In this document: positions 12,765 through 25,250 of the stretch, piece after piece
Layout: each line of letters opens with the position of its first letter
How positions within the stretch are numbered: position 1 is the first letter of the stretch
DNA from: Camelus dromedarius
Taxonomy: Eukaryota
NCBI RefSeq assembly: GCF_036321535.1
Contig: NC_087436.1
Span: forward strand, 49,044,001-49,108,000
Length of the DNA: 64,000 nucleotides
Direction of reading: 5' to 3'
Notes under the pieces: generated by a model
Told to the model about the DNA's origin: nothing
What the model saw: only the letters and a program-made list of their open reading frames with translations
Database searches by the model: none
Translations under genes and position numbers: made by a program

Positions 12765-13000
12765 GTATTACTAGCTAACATTTATTGAGTACTCACTATG
12801 TGCAAGGTACTTACTCTGAGTAACTTTTCACGGATTGTGGCACTTAATTCTCACAAGAGCCTCATTTAATAGGTACAACAACTCTTGTTTTACAAAGAAC
12901 GATAGTAAGGTTAGGAAGTTTTAAGTAATTTCCCAACATTATAAACAGTAAATGATGGAGTCAGAATTCAAACTCGGTATACAGTTCTAACCATTATGCC
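12765..13000 (-). mobile_element. MIR SINE
   Basis: 'tagctaacatttattgagtactcactatgtgcaaggtact...ttaattctcacaagagcctc...ggagtcagaattcaaactc'. Confidence 0.75.
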
Positions 13001-14449
13001 ACATACACACAACATTATTGAGAAAATACATATCTTTTAAAAGAAATTACATTCTAACTGTTTTGGCCTAATTAACTTCTCATGATTATACCTCCTTTAC
13101 CACCTGTGTGACACTGGACCATAGTCAACAACAAAGAAATACAGTTATTACTATGATTTTCAACAGATCAATAAGTCATATCTTCACTAATCATGTATTT
13201 CTCATCTGTGAAAGAAGAGAATAACTTTTAAAACTCTAAAACTTCACTTTTAAAATCAGAACAGGTACCACCAAAGACAAATTTTAATAGCCTATTTCTA
13301 AGCAACATTATTAGCAGAGCAAAGGTCATCTTGATTGGTAAATTCTACTTTATATCTGGCAGCTAAACTATGGTACAAAAAAGTATGACACAAAAAAATA
13401 CTTCCTAAACCAATAATAATCCAATCTCAATTCTGCATCACAGAAATCTTTTAAAGTTATGGCCTGAAGTTCATCCAAAGGTGAACATGTTTAATTCAAA
13501 ATATGCGCTATGTTTTAAAGAGTTGTTTACTCAAAGTTGAAAGCAGAAGAACATTTGAAAGTTTGATTGCAAGCAGAGTATCTGAATTGGTATAACAACT
13601 TCACTTAGCTTTTTTCAAATGTTTATCCAATCGATTCAAATCCAATGGGCAGTTTCTCCTTTATGAGACAAGCAGGCCTTCCTTATATTTAGTTTTGACC
13701 TTTCATTTAGAAACCAAAGATTACAGTTGAAATTCTGTAAGTCCATTAAACTATTAAGGGATATGCTTATTCCCCAACCCCTGGTGCTGAAATTTATTGT
13801 GATTTTCCTTATGATTATAAAATGAGACATGTTCATGATAGACAGTATTGAAAATATGAGGAAAGATAAGAATTAAAATTATCTGCAATTCCAGAATCTA
13901 GAAAGCATACTGTTTTTTCCTTCCGATGATCCCTCTATTTCTATGCTTTTCTATTTACATTTCTATACACATATGAGACTATACTTTGCAGATTTTTGTA
14001 ACTATTTCAATTAAGAATATGTAATGAGCATCTCTCTGTGTCAGAGATTAATATGTATAATTTATATAACTAGTTGTCTCAAGTTAGAATTTAGGTATTC
14101 CCATTTTTCTTTATTATAAATGACATGGCATTAAACATCCGTGCACATAAATCTTTATGTGCATGCTCTTCTCCTTTCCATAGACTTGAGATATTTTTCA
14201 GAAAATTAAAATACGATTCCAGAAACACTAATCCATTAACCCAGTGATATTTTATAAATTACTTGTTTATATTTATAGTTCCAGGGCCTCCTTCCTCTGA
14301 GCATTTTGAGCAGTTTTATATACATTAAAACTTACTTCCTGTTGTTTGATGGATCAGTTTTTTAAAATGACAGGAATGAAAGAAAGTGGCAGGAAAGAGA
14401 TTATTAAGTGAGAGGACAGAGAAAGAAAAGAAAGGGCAAAAGTTCTTCT

Positions 14450-14820
14450 GTGCTTCATTCTTTTACTCTTGCTGTTTCCTTTCCCTAGAATGCTTGTCCC
14501 TGCCTTGTCTATCTCAATAAACCTTACTCAGGCTCCAAAACTTACCTGCAGCTGAAACATCACCTCCCACATGTATGTAGTGGTTCTACATATGAGTTCT
14601 CTTGGCCTCTTTTTACAAATCCTGGTTCTTTCCTTTATGTGTATTAGAATATGTTTGACATCACTGGCAATAATATTGTGTAGCTCTGACTTGTCCTCTG
14701 GAAAGGACTGAAAGGCAAGACCTGTATTCTATTCATTTCTGTTCCCTGGTGACAGAAAGAGAGATAGTATATAAAAATTATTTTATAAGTGTTTATAGAA
14801 TGAATGCATCAGTGAATGGC
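14450..14820 (+). mobile_element. LINE-2 3' end
   Basis: 'gctgtttcctttccctagaatgc...gaaaggcaagacctgtattctattcatttctgttccctgg...tagaatgaatgc'. Confidence 0.55.
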
Positions 14821-15716
14821 GAAGTCTACCAAAAGAAGTTATATTTACTGTCTGACAGTTAGAAACAAGAGGAAATGGTTAGGAGAATTTATTGCCTGGA
14901 CTCTGGACTCCTGGATTTTTTTTTCCTGAAGGGACAGAACTGTAAAAAAATAAATAAATAAATAAAGAGGGCGCTGTATACCTACAGTCGTAAAAGCAGA
15001 CTGCAATGGCTCCCACTGTCTGTATCCAGGAAAGTGATATACAACCTGCTCAATTAAGCTAACACAATACAAACAAAATTCATCATACTAGCAGATTTAT
15101 GGAGGTTTTAAACCGAGGTAAAAAAAAATTGTTTATCTGGATCCTTTGGGCAAATTTGTGTTTCCCTTTTTCTTCTCCCAAAGAAAACAAAGACCAGCAA
15201 ATGCTAGCAGCCTAAAGCTGCCCTATATCTGGTTTCATGTGCCTGCCAAGCTTTAGAGTGTCCATTGATTGCAGAAAACAATGCATTGTATGGAATTGCT
15301 TCGACTAGTACTAGAAGGCCCATTAATGCTTTCCTGTGGAAACACCTGTTTGGTGGGTTTGTGTTTGCAGAGGAATGTGTTTTAATAATGCTATATTAAT
15401 ATAGATTTCCCTAATACTTTTTATGATTTTGCTATTTGTTTTTACAGATCACTTGACAGATCATGTCTGAAACAAAGGGTCAGTTCATATTGTCCCTTCA
15501 GTCACCAAAATATTTTGCCATATTTGCTGCAGAATTTCTAGAAAAATATGGCTTATGATCAATACAATTTCCTTTCAGATTTTAGGCAGAAGGGACACTG
15601 AGGATTCAATAAAGGCAACAAGCCTCCCTTTCTTTTCTCCTCCAAATCCAAAACACTGTTTCATCCTAGAGAAAAGAAAATCTCTATCAAAAACACACAG
15701 ATACATGCCCAATCTT

Positions 15717-15904
15717 TTGTTTGCTTTTGTTTTTAATTTTTTTAAGCCAGCATTTTATTTTATTTGGGTTTTTTTCTGTTTGTGGTGTGTGTAGGGGGAA
15801 GTAATTAGGTTTATTTATTTCTGGAGGGGGTACTGGAGATTGAACCCAGGACCCTGTGCATGCTAAGCATGCACTCTACTGCTTGAGCTATAGACTCCCC
15901 CCCC
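15717..15904 (-). mobile_element. tRNA-Ala-derived SINE (vic-1 type) with 13-bp TSD
   Basis: Reverse complement reads GGGG...TATAGCTCAAGCAGTAGAGTGCATGCTTAGCATGCACAGGGTCCTGGGTTCAATCTCCAGTACC. TSD catgcccaatctt (15704-15716) / catacccaatctt (15905-15917). Confidence 0.88.
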
Positions 15905-16099
15905 CATACCCAATCTTAAACAGTGCTATAAATAAACTGAGAAGGCATGGAAAGGGGGGACGGGTTAGTTTAAATACAAGATGATTTTTTTAACATATTA
16001 TTTTCTCCTGCCCTCTGCATTATGTATATCTTTATTGTTTGATTTTGTTTACAATATTGTAAATATATATAAATATATATATTTTACAAATATATGTAT

Positions 16100-19000
16100 T
16101 AGTAATAAAAACAAGGACTCAAAATATATAAATAAAATCATAAGACAAGTAATAAACTGGTAGAAAATTAATCACAAATATGAAAAAGAATTAAGATCAT
16201 TAATAATACCTTAATGGAAAGAATTCAAGCAAATTGATAAGGACACCAATATCCCAATAATAAAATATGAACAAAGGTTATGAACAGACAGATTTCACAG
16301 GAAAGGAAATGCAAATGGTCATTCTGCCACAACAATGCTCCCTTTAATCTATCTTCCTAGTGGACAGCAGAGTACTTTTTCTAAAACAGGATCGTAAAAA
16401 TAGTGATTTTTACCAACATTTTGAGAAAAAAAAGATGTTCTGTATCTCATTTAAAAAACTTTTTAAAGTGTAGAAAGGGAAGGGAAATTACGTTGGTTAA
16501 AAAAACTGGCTAAGGATGGTACCAGAAAAGATGATGGAGTAATCTCATGTATGAATGTAAGTGCAAAATTTCTAAATAAAATATTAGGAAATAAATGTCA
16601 GCAGTATATAACTAAATAATAATACATCATGACAAAGTAGAGTTTTCTGAAAGTGAAATGATATTTAAACATCAGAGTTTATCAATATATCCCACCTCAT
16701 TAACACATGGAAAGGAAAAAACCTAAACAATCATTTTAATAGAGACGCTAGAAAGTATTTATTGGGCTAAATTGGGTCATTTATGCTAAATTATTTTAGA
16801 AAACTAAAATAGAACTTCCTTAGCTTATTAAAAAGGTATTTACCAAAAAACTATAAACACTGTAATTAATGGTAAAACTTTATAAGCATTTCCTTTAAAA
16901 TCAGGAATGACAGAAAAATTACCCAAAACTTATAAACAGGCAAAAGAGAATAGTAGGTGGGTTTACATCTTTGGTTGATCTTTCTGTTGTCTGTGCTGTT
17001 GTCAGCTGTGCAGATGCAGAGGTTAACTTGTAGGTACTTGTCTGGTACAGATGAAAATAATTTCTGTCCAGTAAAATATTACCCCAAAGTATGGTTTATT
17101 GCTCTGGATGATGTTAACCAGTTCTGGATCTAACCCAACAATCTTACTCTAAAGTTCCTTTATTGAATTAACTCCTATGTATTCTTTGAACCTGTTTAAA
17201 TATAGTTCTCATTCCCTCATTAATTTATGAATTAAATAAAACCCTTGACATATATCCATTTTAGCTACATGAGAGCCATGGTTTACTCTTTTGACAAGTA
17301 CACTTTAACAAGAACAAGTCAAGGATGGCTGTTATTACTGCTGCTACTCATCAAGTACTAGAATACCTAAATAAGTAACAAGGAAAAATAAATAGTATGT
17401 CTAAGTATTAAAACAGAAGAGAAAACATGCTGTGATTTTCATATATGATTGTCCACATAGAAAATCCAAAAGAATTAAGGACAGCTATTAAAGTAAATAT
17501 AAGAATTCAAGTAGCTTAGCTGAATTTTTAGAAAAGTTAATAGTCTTCCTATACATTTAGCAACATTGGTTACAAAAAATTATCTTGGAAAGATAAAATT
17601 TAAAGAAGCAACAAGATCCAAAAATGTACCTAGGAACAAACTTGATAGAAGGTGTGCAAGACCTCTTTGGAGAAAATTACAAAATATTATTGAAAGATAT
17701 AACAGAAGACCTAACTAATATATTATGCCAATAAATAAGATATTCAGTATCAGAACAATACCTTTTCTCTAAAGTAATCTGTAAGTTAAACTAAATTTCA
17801 TTAAAATTCTGATAGAATATTTTTGAGATTGATTGATTTTCATATTTATATGGGACAGTAGAGGATCCAGAATAGCCAAGACAATTTTAAGGACTTGTCT
17901 GACCAGATATCAAGAGGATATTATAAAATTTACAAAACAATGTGACATTGGTGGCTCAGAGACAAGCAAATAGATTATTGGAATAGAATAGGGAGTCCAA
18001 AAATGACAGAAGCATATAAGGAATTTGGTGTGTCATACAGGAAGCATTACAAATCAAGGAGATGTGTTGTTGTGATTGGTTTATTATATATTAAAAAAAT
18101 TTCTCTAATTTATATATTAAGTAAAAAATAAATTTCAGATAGGTTCAGGATTTAAAAGTGAAAAATCAAAATTTTAAAATCATTACTTTTTTTTAAAAAA
18201 GGAGAATATATTCATAATATTGGTGTAGAGAAAGATTTTTAACTAAAACCAAAAAACCAGACAAACAAAACAATTACTTTACAATGATGAACGTCTAAAT
18301 ACTAAAGCTCATTACAAACATGCCTGAAAGATAATTGTCAGATGAAGAAAAGACATTCACAACATCAAAAATGAAGGATTAATATCAAACACATATAATA
18401 CATTGTTATATATAAAGTAGAAAAAAGAATTAAAAATCCAGCCCAGAGAGGGCAAAAGGGAACGGTTTTGAGCAGGTAAGTCTTTGAAGTAGAAAGCATA
18501 TTGATGATTAAATACATAAAAAGATCATAATGTACTATTATTCTGGGCAAAAATAATAAAATGATAATAAAAAATTATTTTACATTCATCAGATTAGCAA
18601 AAATGAAAAACTTCTAATAATTCCAAGTGTTAGCAGTGATATGGATGAATGATTACTCTTTTAGATTATTGGTAAAAGTATAAATTGGTACAAATACTTT
18701 GGAAAGCAATTTAATAATACATACAAATTCGAAAGTTTGCACCCATTTTGGAAAGAGAGAAGTTCGGCAATATTCAGTACACTTGTAAATGTGCATACCC
18801 TGGGACCATCAATTTCTTGTTAAGGCCTATTATCATAGAAGAGCTCTCACAGGAGACAAAGATGTTCATTGAATTATTGTTTAATTGTGAAACTGGAACC
18901 AATGCAAATCTCCACTAATAGGTGATGTGGCATCTTCCTATGATGAAAAACTATGTAGCAGTTAAGATGAGTGAGCAATCCACTTGGATTTACATGGTAA

Positions 19001-19250
19001 ATGTCAGGAACCCATATGCTGAGTGTCAGAAAATAAGTTGCCAAATAGTACATATGATTCTTTTTACCTATTTATTTTAAAACTATACAAAACAATACTA
19101 TCTGAACCTAGCAGGTAATGATAATACTTGTTTCTGAATAAAAAGAGAGGAAATTAGGGAACATTGGGGAATATGCAGTACAAATATTTGTTCATTGTGG
19201 GTGGTATATACATGGATCTGTGTGCTTTTCTGTATTTTATATTATAAAAA
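16100..19250 (+). mobile_element. old L1 (L1M/L1ME-like) ORF2 and 3' remnants, fragmented
   Basis: Degenerate ORF2 motifs 'gcaaaatttctaaataaaatattag...catcatgacaaagtag', 'gcatttcctttaaaatcaggaa', 'atatgattgtccacatagaaaatccaaaagaat', 'gtaaaagtataaattggtacaaatactttggaaagcaat'. Confidence 0.75.
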
Positions 19251-19549
19251 AGAATGAAGAAAAACAGTGCATAATAAGTGGAAGTTAAGAAATCAAATAA
19301 TAAAAGGTCTCTTGATTGCATAATTTCTTCTTACACATCCAGCAAATTCCTGAGGTGTGTAGACTCCACTGGCACTGTACTGAGTGAGTATAGGCTGGTA
19401 GACAAGATGCATACAATTACTGCTTAAAAGTTTAAAAGGATACAGACAACTTAATTGATAATCACAATACCACGAGAAAAGTGCCAACGTAGAGAAGTAC
19501 ATAGTACTTATGCAGGTTCCATAGTACTTATGTTGGTACCTAACCAACA

Positions 19550-19900
19550 TTGTGTTGATTAAGACGTCTTTGGGTATAAGTAACAGAAAATAGCTTAAAC
19601 AATTACAGAGATGTATTGGTTTAAAAAACTGGTAAGTTTAAAGATAGATCCAGATAGGCTTGATTCAGCAGTTAAAAAAAAAATCATTGAACTGCTGGTT
19701 TCCCTTCCTTAATTCTGCAATCGCGGGGGTCAGCTCAGCCCTACTCTAGGTTGGCTCCCCCTTGTGGTGCCACATGGTTACCAAATACATGAAGTTCAGT
19801 TCCTCCAGTTCATGACCAGGAAGAGAGACACAGAAGCCTTTTTGTAAGAAATGAGGAAGCGTCTTTCTTTAGAAGCCTCCAGAAATCTCTTTTTCACAGG
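19550..19900 (-). mobile_element. MaLR LTR (MLT1K/L-like)
   Basis: 'tttgggtataagtaacagaaaatagcttaaac...ggcttgattcagcagtt...ccttgtggtgccacatggttacca'. Confidence 0.5.
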
Positions 19901-20399
19901 CCCTTTGTACTGCTGTATTCCCAGCACCGGGTAAAGTGTAGGCCCTTAATTAAAACTGTTCATTGACCTGCATCTCCACAGATAATAAACTCACAAAACA
20001 CTCAACAGAATATCAAAAAAACCCAATATATGTGAGGAACAAAATACTCTTATCTTCATAAATATTATCAAATATATGCTAACTTATTCACTTGCTTTCT
20101 AAATTTGCACCTTTTTTCCTAGAAATATTGTCTTGAGCTCTTAAATGATGCTTTTGAAGAATTTCTCTATTTTGAAAGTGATAATCACAAATTATATACT
20201 CTGTTATTATGTTACTTGAAAATTTATAGTGATTTACTAGAAAATAAATATGTAAGCAAGATTATTTTTAGCTTAAACATGAACTCATAATTAAATGAAA
20301 AATGAAGGAATAAAATACTAGGGGGAAATAGGCTTAAATAATTTTATAACTCACTTGGTAAAATTCTACCTGTGCCTGACATAAAAATCAAAAACTATG

Positions 20400-20825
20400 A
20401 AGGAGATAAATTCAACTACCTAGATATTAAAATATCTGTATTCAAAAATACCCTAAAGAAGATAGATTTAGAAACAATGAACTGGGAATTACTATTTATA
20501 TAATATATATGATTGACAGTTTAATTGTCATAAATTATAAGAAGTACTACAAATAGACATCAAATGATCAAACAAAATAAGAAAACAGCAAAATTCATTT
20601 TAAAAAATCCAAAGAAAAAGTGCAAATGACTACCAAACATATGAAAAGTGGTTCCATCTGACTACTGATGAAGGAAATGTGAATTCAAACAATGAGATAC
20701 TTCTTTTGGAAAAGATTAAAGTAAGTGATGATCTCAGTGATGGAAACAGGCCATTGTAGGAGACAGGAGTGTAAGTTATTAAAACTTCATCAAAAGTAAC
20801 TTAGAACAATCTATTTAAAGTAAAA
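20400..20825 (+). mobile_element. old L1 fragment
   Basis: 'gcaaatgactaccaaacatatgaaaag...ggaaatgtgaattcaaacaatgagatac'. Confidence 0.6.
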
Positions 20826-20829
20826 TCAG

Positions 20830-21505
20830 GTACCAGGTTGTAGTGAAGGGAAGTATAGCATTTGTTGCAAAGCACCCAACATGAGCCAGGCAAGGAGAAC
20901 GGGCCACACATGCTCAAAAGGCCTGAATTCTCCCATTGCTTTCAGGGGCATGTTTTTAAAGACAAGGTGAGGGAGTTGGTCACAGGGTGACTGCTCAACT
21001 CATGCACATTCTTTAGATTGGCTGATGGTGAGGTAGTCAGCTGGTATTTCTGGAGTCAAAGTCATCAACCTGCTGGTTCCAACTGGTCTAGGTCTAGGGT
21101 CTACCTGCTAGTGTTCAGCATACAGTTAACTTCTTCCACTTGGTGGGGTTTTTATTACCTGGAAAACAACTCAAAGGTAGGGCTTTATTATCTAATAGCC
21201 TTCAAGGAAGAACCGAAGTTGAAGCCAAAGAACCAAACAAACCAAAGTCCTTGACTTTGTTTTATGGCTAAACTCTTTGGGGTTTTTTGTTTTTGTTTTG
21301 TTTTGTTTTGTTTGTCTTGCTTGACTGTTTTCCTTTGTTTCTGCATTTTTCTCACTTCTATGATTAAATTTTCTCTTTGGAACTTGGAGAAGGCCTAGGA
21401 GGCTGAAGTTTTTTTCTTATAAACAAGAGACAGGGGACATGGGGCGGGGTGGTGGGATGGAGGAAACTTCTCAAGGAAGGCCCCTCAGGGTCCTGCTCAG
21501 TTTCA
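20830..21505 (-). mobile_element. ERV1-class solo LTR (MER41-like of cetartiodactyls)
   Basis: Minus strand begins TGAAACTGAGCAGGACCCTG; CCAAT box at 21021-21017; degenerate TATA and polyA signal towards 20860-20960; subfamily name tentative. Confidence 0.6.
21285..21314. repeat. (TTTTG)n simple repeat
   Basis: Tandem TTTTG units within the LTR. Confidence 0.85.
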
Positions 21506-21999
21506 CTTCTAGTCATGAAAAACAAGATAGTGTTTGGGAGTGGCAGGAATTGAGACCAGAGGGGCAAGGCTGGATCAAGTCTTGAGGCTGAAGAATCTGG
21601 CTATGTTGAGGATCTCCGACTTTATTGTGAGGGTTTATGCCTTAGAAAAGAAAATGAGAAGGAAAAAAAGAAGAGAAGGGGAAGAAGAGAAAGAAGAGGG
21701 ACTCGTTGGCCTGCTTGTGCATTCTAGGTGCTGTCCAATTTCTCTTCCTCTTTTTTGCTGCCAGTCTTCTCAGATGAGTCCTCTGTACTGAGACCTATGC
21801 ATTAGGAATTTAAAGTAGACTATTTCCTCAGTTTTGGATGAGGCTCTAAACTTGAGAACAAAATGTTTAATTATCCACATATTATAAAAGAAGTGACTCG
21901 AAAGAGGCAGCCTAAAAATCAGTCAGGTGATTCATCTATAGTCTACCTTGAAGACGTTTAAGGAGAGGCTTAAAAATTAATGGAGTTGGGTAGGCATAA

Positions 22000-22480
22000 C
22001 TTCCTTAGAGAGAGAATTATGAGAGATCGAATGTACAAATGAACAATGACTGGATCATATGTGCTGAAAGAACTCTCACCCACATCCTCTGCAGCAACCA
22101 GCTGGAAAAGCCGAACCACAGCCTCTGTAGCGATCAGCCACATCACTAGGACTTGGTCTGTGCCTGCCAGCTTTCTGTTTCTTGACCTCACTTCCAACTC
22201 AGATCCAGCCAGAAAAAGCCAAATGTGCTCCTCAAATCCATCACATAAGATGCTCTACTTCTAGTTAAGTCTCCCCTGGCTTCCCCACACCAACAATCTC
22301 TAATCAGAGCGTACCTGAAGGCATTCCTGTTTCCATACTCTGGAGATTTTCCACTCTCTTGCCTGCCTTTGAGTCTCTGCTAAACGCAAGTGATGGTGCT
22401 AACTTTCTTCCAGAGCAGACTCCCACCAGTTCTCATTAACTCAGTTCTCACTAATAGTTCTCAGTTCTCTCAGGCTTTAT
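22000..22480 (+). mobile_element. ERV1 LTR MER34/MER34A-like
   Basis: 'cctctgcagcaaccagc...accacagcctctgtagcgatcagcc...gcctgcctttgagtctctgctaaacgcaagtgatggtg' matches the recalled MER34 consensus. Confidence 0.75.
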
Positions 22481-22600
22481 TTTCAGAGTGCTATGACATT
22501 GCTCCTCCCCTCTGCCTGGGGGACAGAACGGGGGTGCTTCCCCCTTCAATTCCAACAAATGTATAAAGGGGAAGCTGGTTGAAGGGAACTGTGAAGCAAA

Positions 22601-22621
22601 AACAACAACAACAACAACAAA
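22601..22621. repeat. (CAA)n microsatellite
   Basis: aacaacaacaacaacaacaaa. Confidence 0.85.
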
Positions 22622-23499
22622 AAAACAAAAACAGGGCTATGGTGGAATAATGTGGTAGGTCAAGGATGCATGTAGGTATCACATGGACCAAGTATGGATC
22701 CCTAGGGCTGTCTTGAAAGGGATCCACCTAAGGTGACTGCCTAGAAAAATCAGTTGACCCCAACAGAAGATCTCTTAAAAACCCATAAAATCACCCAGTG
22801 AGAGAAAACATCAGTTTTTTGATGGACCAAATGTTAAAAACGATACAAGCTAAATACAGTGTTTTTGTCTCTTTCCTTTCCCTCCCACTGAACCATCTTT
22901 AGAAAAGCCGTGAGTAGCACAGTGAGTAGGAGAAGAAGTAATACAAGTTTCTTATTCTCTCAAATCTGGATTATTCTTTCAAATAGGGTTATTACTGGAA
23001 TATTATTTCTTTATGCCAATATCTATTTCGTTTTTTGCCAAGTCTTCTGAAAGAATTGCTGAGAAAACTACCTTGCATCTTTTCTGCCACGGGCCGTGAC
23101 ACTCTTCTTACTTAAATTATGAATAGAGCAACTTTCTATAAAATATTAAAAGTTTAATATTAGAGAATAATATGACTGGTCTGCTTTCTCCCATTGTGTT
23201 GTAGTTCTAATGCCATACTTCTCTAAATCGGTGAATTTGCCTTGAGGAGACCACACGTTAACTTGCAATTTTGAACAAAGTTCTGTGATTGCCTATCAGA
23301 CCACTGCTACACCACCCATTACTCTCTACTAAAACCAGAAGAGGAAAAGAACATTTCAGTGGAGTTCCATTGGGAACCCTAGAGCAGGTAGCCCTATCAT
23401 TCTCATCTCTCTGACTTGACACCACCACCCCAAAGACAAGCCTATCTGCACTTCTTCCTGAATTCATCCCCCTATTCTTGTCTTTCCAGCCACTCAGTG

Positions 23500-24340
23500 G
23501 GATGTGGATAAGTGCTGTGGTAAAGAGAGTGGGGAATGCTGGCAGAGAGGGGAGGGGTTTCTAATTTCCATAGAGTAATCAGGGATGGCCTCACTGGAAA
23601 TGTGAGCAGAAAACTGCAGGAATTCAGAGAATAAGCAATGTGGATGGGGTTGGGGGGGCGATGATAGCATTTAAGTCAGGCAAGTGTAAAGGATATGAGA
23701 CATAGGCTCAGTGGTTCTAGCAATAGCAAGGGACACACATCACTGGAATGAAGTAAGTGAGACAGGAATTATGAAGAAAGAGAGCTTCAGTAATGAAGAG
23801 GTACTGTGTGTGTGGTGGGGGGTGGGGATGGTATCATGTAGGGATCTGTAGGGCACTGGAAGGACTTTGGCCTTTACTCTGGGTGAGATAAGAAGCCAAT
23901 GGAGGATGTTGATGTCCAGCGAAAGGTTCAGGAAAGGTTCCACAGCATACGTTTATAAGCTACACTTCAGTATATGGATGAGGTTTTCAGAGAGGAGAAA
24001 GAAAGGGGAGTGCCCTGTTTTTTAAGCAGGAGGAATAAAGGCAAATGCAATGGGAAAGCACGGGCTACTGTTTGGAATGATGATTATTGCAGTTTGGTGG
24101 CAACATAGGATACATGTAGGGAATTACAGAGAAACAGGTTTGGGAAAGCGGGACAGAGCAAGACGGCGACTCCTTTCATGCTCAGTTAAGGAGTCTGGAC
24201 TTGATTTGCTGGGCTACTAGGATGTGCTGAAGAGGTTTAAGCAAAGGAGGGAAATGATATTAGTCTTCACTTTAAGGAGATAACAGTGAACTGGGGGGTG
24301 GACTGGGGCGCAGGTGAGGAAATGGAGTTGAAAGCAGGAA
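23500..24340 (-). mobile_element. LINE-2 fragments
   Basis: 'agggatggcctcactgga...gtagggcactggaaggactttggcctttactctgggtgagataagaagccaatggagg...aaggagtctggacttgattt'. Confidence 0.65.
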
Positions 24341-24352
24341 AGTAATAAGCAG

Positions 24353-24790
24353 TTGTGCTGGACATTTTCCATTTGACCCTCCAGGTTCACTCTCTAGCCT
24401 TCTCCACCCTGCCTTTGTGTCCCTTTTATGGACTATGTTAACAGGTGATCTTTGCCCTCTAATTTATGGTGAATTTGGCCAATAGGAGACACGGCAGGAG
24501 AAAAGAGAGCAGATGGAGAGTGAGGCCAGGGTGACTGTTATCCTGAGTCACTCACTTCCTGCTGGGCGTGTCTGCTTGAAGACATAGCTCCATCAAGATA
24601 CCCTGTCCTACAGCAGCCTAGGGTCCAACAACAGCTCTCTTCCTCCACTAGTTAAACTTAGAGGCCAAACAGGCTTCTTTGCAGTTGCTAATTGTGTAAA
24701 TTTGCCTTAACCATGTTCACACCCTTGTAATGAGTCCCTTCATCACATTGTCCTCACTGACCCTATTTGAGGCTGCCATCCAATTGCCAC
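24353..24790 (+). mobile_element. ERVL LTR33-like solo LTR
   Basis: 'ttttccatttgaccctccaggttcactctctagccttctccaccctgc...ttggccaataggagacacggcaggaga' matches the recalled LTR33. Confidence 0.7.
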
Positions 24791-24799
24791 GCAAGTTCT

Positions 24800-25250
24800 A
24801 ATCATGTGCCACAGAAAAAAATCTAATCATGGCATTTAAACCTCACTGTTTTACTTTTCTTTCAAGGAAAAGGAGTCAAGGAAGTGGGCATCCCAGGGCT
24901 AGTATGGTTGTTTTGTGGTTATCTGGTGTCTCTGGTTCTATCATTTCTCACCACACTAGCCCAGGCTACCATGTGGCTGTTGGAATGCTGCCCATTTCCT
25001 CCCCTCTGTGGACAGCAGGAAGGAGGGCAATGGGGGCCACTGCTGAGTAACTTCAGGAAATTTCCTCCACCACGGTTGTTTCTGCCTCCTTAGCCAGAAC
25101 TCCATCATGTGGCTTTGCCTGGCTGCCAGAGAGGCTGGGAAATTATTTTTCTAGCTGGCACATAGCAGCGCTGAATAAATTTGGCATTTTGTCATTCAGG
25201 AAGAACTGGAAAATGGTATCGTACAGCTAATTACAAACCTCTACCAAGCC
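24800..25250 (-). mobile_element. MaLR LTR (MLT1J-like)
   Basis: 'ttagccagaactccatcatgtggctttgcctggctgccagagaggctgggaaatt...gctggcacatagc'. Confidence 0.6.
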
